Origin: the human T2T-CHM13v2.0 reference genome, Homo sapiens
DNA: 64,000 nt
Strand: one strand, 5' to 3'
Assembly (NCBI RefSeq): GCF_009914755.1
Contig: NC_060946.1
The translations under genes were made by a program, and so were the position numbers. The notes beneath the pieces were generated by a model. It had not been told where the DNA came from. It ran no database searches and saw only the letters and a list, made by a program, of their open reading frames with translations. This document shows positions 53,945-64,000 of the stretch, one piece after another (the stretch's first letter is position 1; each line of letters starts with the position of its first letter).

Positions 53945-55174
53945 ACCTCTGTGTACTGGAGGCTGCCACACCACTCTCAGGTTTACTTCTCACCCTTAAT
54001 TCTGTGCAGCTATATTGTTCAACCGGGCTCATCAGAATTCCTCCACGAGGTTAAATTACATGATGTAAACTTGCAACACACAGTGTGCCCTAAATTTTAA
54101 CATCAGTGTGCTCCTGTTATCCAATCTCTGGGGAGAAATTAAGTCTTAAAGGCTAACCATTGCAAGTTCAGGACCAAAGATGATGACAGTCAAAGGAATT
54201 CAAGTCTGGAGCCAAAATTTCTTACTCCTGTTAAATTTCAAATATACGAAAGCTCACAATTTGTCCTTAGCTGTTGCTGCGGCTCCCTCTCAGCCGGACA
54301 GGTGCCTGGGTCTCACTGACACCATCGCAGCTCCTTCAGGGCCTAAAAGTCCTGCCCATTAAACACCGTATTTTGGACAGCCAAATTCAGGAGGCCTCCA
54401 AGCTTCTCCCTGAATCAGCCCACGACATCTAGGAAACATATCATCCCCAGGCCCGGGAGCAGTCACTCCAGAGATCCTCTCCCCGGAGCCCATCCCTCCT
54501 GCTACACAAGGTCACCGGAGGGCCTTGGCGTCATTCTAAGTGAAGGTGGCAAACGGAGTTTTCGTGGTTCTGCCCTCAGAGATGTGACAGTTTGGAATCC
54601 AGAGCCTGTCACTTGAAATCCACCTGGGAGAAATCCCTCAGCAAGCCGGCAGGTCTGACTCGGCTCATTTTCCATTTCTAGGGAAAGAAAAATCCTTAGG
54701 GCCTCGTAGGCATTTTTTGTGTTCTGTGCCACAGTGGCTGCCATGCCTGCTCTTGTTAGGAGATGTCATGTGTGCTCTGCGTGTGTGCACGCACTTTGTG
54801 TGTGTGTGTGTGTGTGAGAGAGAAACGTAGAGAGTGCTGGCTGCGTGTGTTCACATTTGACTTTCCAGACTTGGGAATGCTGCTGGCCCGAAGGCAGTCG
54901 CTCAGCTCCACGTTTGTCTTACCTGGGGTCACCTCCTGGGTTCTGGAGCTGGGGGTTCTGTGAGTGCTGTTTCCACGTCACTGGGGCCTCCCGAGGGCTG
55001 ACACCCTTGCTGTGTGCCCTGTCACCCTTCCTCCACCTGCGGATTCTGTGAACTCTGTGGCCGCGTCCCCTCACAGCACAGGGAGGCCTGCCTGGTTGAC
55101 CACCTCGAGGAACCTCTCTGTACTGGAGGCTGCCACACCACTCTCTGGTTTACTTCTCACCCTTAATTCTGTGC
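53945..55174. repeat. Dispersed 63-bp direct repeat (53945-54007 and 55112-55174), 61/63 identical
   Basis: acctctStgtactggaggctgccacaccactctcWggtttacttctcacccttaattctgtgc at both sites. Confidence 0.95.
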
Positions 55175-55739
55175 TTGAACCGTTTTCCAGTCCTGAGCCT
55201 ATGGAAAAGGAGTATCAGTATCAAGCCCAGATCAGTCTTTCGACTTCCCTCCTGGGCTCTGAATGCCGGGTGCCACGTGGACAGCTGCCCGTGTAGACCT
55301 GCCCCGCTGCCACGCAAAGCAGCACCTCCCTCCTGCCAGGTGGTGCCTGCAGACCCCTGCCCCCTCAGGCGCACAGGCAGCAGATCATCCCCCACTGTCG
55401 GAAAGGCTGCCCTGATGCTGCCTGCTACGAGCCAGCACCTGCCTGGTGGCCCGAGCCCACTTGGTGAGCTGCAGTTGCCTGTGCCCAGCACCTCCTGTTT
55501 GGACCAAGACTGCATTACCTGTGCCCTTACTGAGGCCAGTGGCCTGCCTGGCTTCCCCTAGCTGAGACTCATGGGGCCATCCCCAGTGTCACTCCCTGAG
55601 GGCAGAGCTGCCACAGGCAGTCATCTCCCAGTGCTGGCCGGGCCAGAGGCCCTGTGTGCTCACTAAAGAGTTGGAAGCGTAGGCCAGAACCCACAGGAGC
55701 CCCAGGCACAGTGCCCGTTGTTTCGCTGCCTCCCGATTC

Positions 55740-55886
55740 TCCTTTCTCCACGGGTGGTTCATGGATTAGCAACCTTAGTTCCACCTGCAACCCTGGTTCC
55801 CCTTGCCATGTAAGGCCACACATCCACAGGTTACAGGGAGTGGAACCTTGGCATCTTTGGGGCTGGTTATTATTCTGCCTTCCACA
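55740..55886 (-). mobile_element. MLT1 (D-like) LTR 5' fragment
   Basis: The reverse complement reads tgtggaaggcagaataat...ccccaaagatgcc...cttacatggcaagggga...aaggttgctaatc. Confidence 0.75.
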
Positions 55887-56169
55887 TTCACTGCTGTTGG
55901 GTATAGATTTAAGTCTGTTAACCACGAGTCTGGTTGAAACCCTCCTTCTGAAAATGCCCCCGACCACCGGCTGAGGCCCAAAGGGCAGCCTCCATAGGGA
56001 ATGCCCTTCCCTTGTTGATGGGAGCTGCCTCTTCATGTTCCTGCTGTGGGATGAGGCAGCACCCCCTAGTGTCATGTGTGTGCTCCCTTAGGTGGTGACA
56101 GCAGGAGTAATGGACCTGTCACTGCCCCGGTACCTGCTGTGTCTTGAAATCTCTTCCACATTCCACTTG

Positions 56170-56320
56170 TTTGTTTCCCTGAGTCCTAGAAGGCAGTGTT
56201 ATTACTCTCATGTTATTGGTAATGAAACGGAAGCCCAGAGAGGTTATGTTACTTGCCAAGGTCACACAGCTCCTGAGTCCTAGAGCTGGGGCCCCATTCC
56301 TGGGCTGTTTGACTTGAAAC
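56170..56320 (-). mobile_element. MIR SINE
   Basis: gaaacggaagcccagagaggttatgttacttgccaaggtcacacagct. Confidence 0.8.
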
Positions 56321-56916
56321 TGCCCAGGCCCCCTTCCCTTTGATGCTATGCAGACCTTCCTATGTTAGTGTCTGAACTTCACCTGAGTTCACCCAACTAT
56401 ATCTCTGAGAGTAAAGTCACATGTCCACTGTTTTCACCCATGCAGTGACTGTGTCATTAGCATTTGGACTGTGGCCACGATGATGGTGCTGTCAGCACCG
56501 GGCACCTTTGCCGTTGGTTCCCGGCAGGGCTGAGTGCTTAGGGTCCAGGTGGCCAGCGAGGTGGTCAGTTCCCACAGACGGTTCTGGTCAATGAGCTATG
56601 CCCATGGATGCCTGTTTTTCAATTTAGATGTAAGTGTCTTACATTTACAAATAGAAATGTACCATTCAGTGTTCCCTGAGATGCACGTGCTTATCACCTG
56701 ACATCGGGAAATACTGGCCTTTCCCTTCTCAAAATAGCAGTCAGCGGCGCTGTGCTGTGCAGGGTGCATCCACTTGTGTGTTTCTCGAGATAAAATCTCT
56801 GTTTGTGAATTCGTCCTATTATAAAGCTGTTCACTTTATCCCAGCTGCCTTTTTCCCTTTTGGAAAGTTTGTTTTATTTTATATGCATATGATTCACATT
56901 ATTCTTTTTTCCTTAG

Positions 56917-56992
56917 GACAACTACACCTTTGCCCAACCTGGGATTCAAATGAAAGTGAAAATGTTAGAAGAACTCGTGAGCCGGATTGATG
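56917..56992 (+). CDS. TBC1D22A: TBC1D22A internal coding exon (probably exon 10), 76 nt, phase 0 to phase 1
   Basis: Strong acceptor attcttttttccttAG|GAC and donor GAT G|gtaagc. It translates to DNYTFAQPGIQMKVKMLEELVSRID and continues in frame from the previous exon (DGIQ|DNYT). Confidence 0.96.
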
Positions 56993-58256
56993 GTAAGCCA
57001 GCTTCCCGCGCAGCCCCTCTCTGTGGGCGGGGGGAGGTGGCCCTCAGCCCTCGGTGGGACAGGGAGCTGTCCTCATCCGCCGGCAGCATCCTGGCCTGCT
57101 CAGGATCCCTCATGGGCATCCTTCTGAGACAGCTGCTGGTGCGTGAGCTGCTCTTATTTCTTCTTATTAAGGGGATATCATCAGAATTCAGTACATTCAC
57201 TTTGCAGGACAGTAGTGAGTGTGCACCCAAAGCAGGCAGTGCTCACTCCTTATTAAGCCTGGTGATTGTCATAATCTAGGTGACGGATGGTTGTTTATGG
57301 TGGTCCTTCGGTACTCTGTTCCCTGCCTCTGTGCATCATTTTTCTATCAAGGATGCTAGAATAATTTCTCCATGGAATCTAACTAATTACTGAGTCTGGA
57401 AATAACATCTTTAATATTATAGAAAAATTATAGTATGTGCTCAGGCAATTTTAGATTGTGCTTTCATGTTTAAGTGGGGGCTTTGAAATACTTTTTGCCT
57501 TCATCTTTAAAATAATCCCCCCTGCGATGTGCTGACTGTCATATTACAATAGCAGAGTTTAATTAAATGGAAGCTGAGAGATAATGCTTGCCCGTTCCAG
57601 GCATATTCTCCTGATAGTTTGTTAAATTAATGAACAGAGCATTAACTAAGTGATGCCAAGCAGAACCGGGCATGTATTTGTGATACCAGCTGGTCAGTGA
57701 TGAGGTGTGGAAAAGAGACATGCTCTTTCACAAAGAGTCCCATGCGCGCTTGGCAAATTATTTCACAGAATGTGGAGACAAATTGCACTTTGTTGGAAAC
57801 TTAGCCCTGGCCACGTGCCTTGCAGGGCCCTGCCCGCTGAGCGTTGCCGGTCACTGTGCCTTTTCCCCTCCCTGCGCCTTTAGCACAGAAGGCCGTAACA
57901 GCAGTCTTCACGGGAAGGGCGCTCGGTTTGGGAAACTGCTGAGTGATATTCTAAAATGGACTCCTACAAATTACAAACTCCATTTTGTTCCTTGATTGAA
58001 TCTGATTTTTAACTCTGTGTCTCATGGTGATTACCTAATTTCCATATTATGAAGTTGTCTGCAGTTCTTCTGATAATACTTTCAGTGTTACGTTTAGCTG
58101 CTTTTCAACCCATCATCTGTTAAAAATACCGTTTTTGCCTCCGTCAGTGCGTTCATGTGCGCTCACCGCACGCTCCACCGCGCGGTCTTGTTTGGGTGCG
58201 GCTGGGTTCTTTTCCCTGCCAGCACTTTCACAAGCATTCCCCAGCCTCACTGAGTT

Positions 58257-58336
58257 CTCTGAAGTATGATTTGCAGTAGATGTGAATTACACGTTCCTCT
58301 GAAGTATGATTTGCAGTAGATGTGAATTACACGTTC
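58257..58336. repeat. Perfect 40-bp tandem duplication
   Basis: ctctgaagtatgatttgcagtagatgtgaattacacgttc x2. Confidence 0.95.
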
Positions 58337-59026
58337 TGAGCAGGTTCCTCCTTTTCCGCTTGTGTCCCTTGGAAGGCGTATTTCGTGTTTTCGTGGAGGT
58401 TAGAAAGTTGTGGTTAGTGCTCGTTTGTTCCGGTGCTGCAGTTTGGGAAATACTTGAATTGATTTTCTCTGGTGCTGTGGTTCAGAAAGAAGCACATTGC
58501 GGATTCGCTGGATGATTGTTTAAGAGAGCAGCAGCGATAACCAAAGGAACCCCAACGAAATCTGTACTTTTTAGTAAATCATATTTTTATTTTCAGCGCA
58601 GTCTCTGAGTAGGCCATTTTCATATGGCAATTTTTTGTTTAAAGGATCAGTGCTTCACAACAGAGAAAGATGTGTGTTGCCGTTGAGAGGTTAAACTGTC
58701 TAACTTGTTCCTGTTCTTCTAATGAAACCTTAAGGAATTTCTATCATGGCCTCATAATAAGAATACCCAGGCTGCTAAAGCAGTAAATAGACAGAATTTC
58801 TCGCGTTTGAGCTCTCAGACTGGTGGGCGCCATCATCCCTGAGCAAACTTGGGAGAAGCATCTGCAGGTCTCGGCCACGTGAAGCTCCCCCTCACCTGTT
58901 TCATCACTTGCCTCCTAGAGAAAGGATTTGTGGGTTGGAACTTTTTGCAGGGATTGTAAAGATTTTATTAAGGGCAGAGGATATTCTAGGAAGAAAAAAT
59001 TGCTTAAAGAAAAAAAAAGCTTCTCA

Positions 59027-59534
<508 letters not shown>

Positions 59535-60643
59535 TCATCAGGAGCGAGCAGAGAGCTGGAGGAGGGGGAGGTCTTGGGGATGGAGGGAAGCCTGGTGAGG
59601 GGTGAGAGGGCAGATCGGAAGAGGGGCTGCATCACTCTTGTTTTCTTGTGGTAAGGAGTTGTGAAAGAATCTCTCAAAAGCACTTCTGAGTAGTTTCTTC
59701 CTATCTTGAGTAGTACTGTGACCCTTCTTTGTCATCCCTAAACCTTTAGTAAAAGTCTGCCGTGGAGACACGAAGGTGCTGAGAATGAAGAGAGAGGGCT
59801 GTGTCTGTAATGGAAGCCGCGTGGAAAGGAGGATGGGCGGCAGCCTTCGAGGGTGTGTGCTGGGCAGGGAGTAAAGCGACAGGCAAGCCCGCAGATGGGG
59901 AACTCCCTGGGAAGCCCCCTGTATCCTTCGGGACAGACATTGTATGAGTTCCCACAGAATCAGAGAGGGTGACTGGAGCCACTGAATTTGGAGTGAAAGA
60001 AAAAGGTGAGAGTAGGAGGAACGTGCGTTTTCAGTCGTGGCAGGCTAGATAATTTCAACCACATTTCCCACTGGATAAGACCTTTTTGTTTTTTTAAATT
60101 AAGCCAACAAAGCAAAAAGAAAAAAAAAAAAGGAAAGAAAAATAAATGTCTTAAAAGCATTGAATTGCTATCTACAAAATAAGGACTTCCTGGGCCAGAG
60201 TGAAGCTAGGACCTGGCTAGGTATGCCCAGCTCTAAAGCCACCAGTGTTCTGGGTGTGTGTTTCCTGATGCAGAAGAAAAATCATCCCAAAGCTGGTTGT
60301 GGTTTGGGCGCCTCATGTAGTGCCTGCATCCAACCCGATTAGTCAGGATAGGGATCTGAGAAATGCCCATACAGTTTGTGAGACCCAGAATAGTGACACG
60401 TGAGGGCAAAGTGGACGTGATACTCCCTCATAAAATCTAGGTTCCAACCTGAGAGGATCAGGGTTGTTTGAACCTCAGTTATGATGATTCTATACTGGAG
60501 TTCCCCAGAATGCTAGTGAGAAGCAAAACAAAATCTTGTCTGGAGGAAGTTACAACTGAAATTGTATTTTTTTCTTTCTTTCTTTTTTTTTTTTTTTTTT
60601 AATAACTCCAAACACCTTTTTCAAATAAAGTGACCCACACACA

Positions 60644-60752
60644 TGAACCCGGGAGGCGGAGGTTGCAGTGAGCCGAGATCGCGCCATTGTACTCCCGCCC
60701 GGGCAACAAGAGTGAAACTCTATCTCAAAAAAGAAAAAAAAAAAAAAAAAAA
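60644..60752 (+). mobile_element. Alu 3' fragment (Sp/Sq-like right arm) with A tail
   Basis: tgaacccgggaggcggaggttgcagtgagccgagatc...caacaagagtgaaactc followed by poly(A). Confidence 0.9.
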
Positions 60753-62365
60753 GTTGGGTGATGTTTTTGTGACCAGAAATATGCCATTGAAACTTACCTC
60801 TTGTTTCTGTCAATCACCCTGTGGTAAAATTGGTTTCATTATATGTCGTTTTGCTTCAGGTCAGCTTCTGAGAACCTGTGGATGATTGTAAGTGGGTATT
60901 TGGTGGCTAGTGCTGCCGAGCTCCACAGGCACCAGCCTAGAAAGGACTTCAGAGATAAGAGCATAAATCTGGAGTTTTAACCCAAATTTAATTCTTTTAT
61001 ATAATCTTTTGGAATATTTTAAGGGCTTGGCATTTTTCTTCAGGAAGAATAATTTTTCTGAAAAATTCTCGAAACAAGGCTCATGGCTAAGTGGAATTAA
61101 ATAACTAAAAGTTAAATATAAGTCTTAAAGTTTATTTTGTTTTATGTTAGAATAGGGCATGTGTCCAGCAACTCCACAAAAAATAGAATTAGGATGTCGC
61201 CTAATCTGTATTATCCTGCCTTGTGTTACTTAAAATTTAATAAGCATTTGTAGGCTCAAAGAGGGTATGCTGTTCTTTCTAAAATTATCTAGCTAATGTG
61301 TTCTCAATATTTCTATTAATTGTCAATCTGTTCCCTACTTAGCAAAGGATTTTGTATATAAAATCAACAGTTCGCACCAATTATTTAGTAATTTACTGCT
61401 GTAATAATAAATGTACCTTTACTCTCCAACTGATAGAATTTCAGCGTATAAAGCACACGATGAGATTTCCACTCCGTATTACATCGAGAACGCTTACACC
61501 TACTTGAAATTCCACATTTTTGCAGTGAATCCTAATGACGTCCCCTGTACATTTTGTTTTTACATCTGTCACGTCTGATGTTAACCTCTGAAATCACATG
61601 ATCCCTGTTTGTCCCCAAGATAGAATGGCCAGAGGAGTGGGCTTCAGCCCTAGCCTTTCCAAAGGCTGGAGTCAGAGCCCCTCTGTGTGAATTCTGGGGC
61701 CAGCCCCACCTGGTACTCAGTGTCATGCATCTTTTGTGACATAGATGACGTCTGTATAAATGAGATATTTGCTACATTTTTTGATTAAAAAAACCATAGA
61801 GAACTTTTTTCAGTATTTTAAAAGAATATTTGAAACCTCAGCAGATGTGTCCATTTGATTATGTCCATTCTTGATTTTTTCAGATTTAAGAGTAGATCAT
61901 AAACAACTGCATTTCAGATCAGAGAATTGTCCCATTGGGGGTGACACTGGCACTAAAAGGGAGGCTCTTGGATTGTTTCTGGTGCCACAGTGGTGGTGCC
62001 AGGGCACCGTTGGATGAGGGGAGTGGGAAGAGCTGTTCCCTGGGGCCCCGGTTCTGGTGGGCTCCACCCTCACGTTGTTCTGAGGGGACTTAAGGCTGGG
62101 AGGCCCTCATGGGTCAGGAGGAGCTGCTGGCAAAACCTGATAGTTGCTAAGCTGATCTGAACTTAGCTTGCAAGGAGCAGCAGCCCAGAGGCCTTCCCAG
62201 CAACAGCATCGAAGCTGTCGCCAGGGCCGCCTAGGGGATGTAGGATGGGCCACAGCCATGTGCCTTCTGAGTTTTCTCCTGCAAACTGTGCCTTTGCCTC
62301 TCTTTAGTAAAAAATGGAAACAACTGCATCTCTCTACCTTCTAACCCCACGGAACCTCCAAGGGC

Positions 62366-62527
62366 TAGGGGCGCCAAACTGAGCAAATAAAAATAGAGAA
62401 CGTCTAGTTAAACTTCAATTTCATATAAACAGTGAACAATTTTTTAATATAAGTATGCCCTGAGCAGTGTTTGGCACACACTGAAATTCAGAGTTCACTG
62501 ATTCTTCTGTATTTATCTGGTAATCCT
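62366..62527. mobile_element. MER53 palindromic MITE with one arm partly deleted
   Basis: gcaaataaaaatagagaacgtctagttaaacttcaatttcatataaacagtgaacaattttttaatataagtatg...ctgaaattca...tgtatttatctggtaatcct. Confidence 0.8.
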
Positions 62528-62659
62528 CCAGGGGTGAGTTCTGAGTGGGGTGAAGTGGAATTCAGACCCAGGCTTGAGCTCTAGGTTACCCTTTGCTCCC
62601 CGAGGTTACAGATGACAAGAATGTGGCCTTAAATGTAATGTGTTATTTGAAATTAAAGT

Positions 62660-64000
62660 ATACGCACACACACCCTACACACACATGCCTGTACACACAT
62701 ACCCTACGCACACATGCCTGTACACACGCACCCTACGCACACATGCCTGTACACACGCACCCTACGCACACATGCCTGTACACACACACCCGCCAGATAC
62801 ATATACACACACCCTACACACACATGCCTGTATACACACACCCTACGCACACATGCCTGTATACACACACCCTACGCACACATGCCTCTATACACACACC
62901 CACCAGATACATATACACACACCTACAGATGCACCCCTGTATACACACACACCCCTACACACATGCCTGTATACACACACCCTACACACATGCCTGTATA
63001 CACACACTCTACACACACATGCCTGTACACACACACCGTACACACACATGCCTATACACACACACCCTACACACACATGCCTGTACACACCCTACGCACA
63101 CATGCCTGTACGCACACACCCTACGCACACATGCCTGTATACACACACCCACCAGATACATATACACACACCCTACACACGCATGCCTGTATACACACAC
63201 CCTACGCACGCATGCCTGTATACACACACCCTACGCACGCATGCCTGTATACACACCCTACGCACACATGCCTGTATACACACACCCTACGCACGCATGC
63301 CTGTATACACACACCTACAGATGCACCCCTATATACACACACCCCTACACACATGCCTGTATACACACACACCCTCATATACACACACCCCTTCACAGAT
63401 GCCTATACACACATCTGCTATATACACATACACACTCCTATACACACACCCCTGCACACATGCCTATATATATACTCCTCATACATACACACACCCCTAC
63501 ACACACCCCTATATACACGCATCTGCCATATACACATATACACACACTCCTATACACACACCCCTGCACACAATCCTCATACATACACAACCCCTCATAC
63601 ACACACCCCTATATACATGCGTCTGCCACATACACATATACATACACTCCTATATACACACACCCCTGCACACAACCCTTATACATACACACATGCCTGT
63701 ATACACACCCAGCCCTACACATACCCCTATATACACACTCCTGCCATATACACATACACACCCTGCACACATGCCTATACACACACACTACTTCACATAT
63801 GCCTATACACACACCTGCCATATACACAGGCAGGCTCCTGTACACACACCCCTGCACATGTGCCTGTATACACAGATACCCCTCATGCATACACACCTGC
63901 CATATACACATACACACCTCTGTATACACACTCAGATGCCTATATACACACACACCTACACACATGCCTATATACACACATACCCCTCATACATACACAC
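62660..64000. repeat. CA-rich microsatellite-derived VNTR (~28-30 bp unit acacaccctacgcacacatgcctgtatac) grading into degenerate variants; runs off the right edge
   Basis: Directly visible repeats. Confidence 0.95.

Noticed and set aside
62888-63977. C/V/Y-rich ORFs at the right edge
   Set aside because: They are translations of the CA-rich VNTR.

Overview
Primate, almost certainly human, genomic DNA: 64 kb of mostly intronic sequence from inside TBC1D22A (a TBC/Rab-GAP domain gene, chr22q13 from recall), transcribed on the + strand. Only two coding exons are present: 33573-33682 (110 nt, (E)AEEVDTVDVSGVPAEVLCNIEADTYWCMSKLLDGIQ) and 56917-56992 (76 nt, DNYTFAQPGIQMKVKMLEELVSRID). They are joined by a 23.2 kb GT-AG intron. 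The rest is interspersed repeats and tandem repeats. The interspersed repeats are 12 Alus or Alu fragments, L1M/L2/L3/MIR relics, MaLR and MER68 solo LTRs, a near-complete decayed Tigger1, Charlie1a and MER53. The tandem repeats are three minisatellites, two microsatellite-derived arrays and several two-copy duplications. I see no evidence of a new gene or multi-gene system, and nearly all ORFs in the track are repeat-derived or chance. The most unusual local features are: a tandem array apparently built from a Tigger2/MER8 terminus; a tiny poly(A)-tailed insertion flanked by a target-site duplication (TSD) inside Tigger1; a 63-bp direct repeat with copies 1167 bp apart; a closely spaced inverted Alu pair; an in-frame tandem splice acceptor; and TAAT-rich enhancer-like blocks. 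Repeat subfamily names come from recalled consensus sequences, and the boundaries of old elements are approximate.
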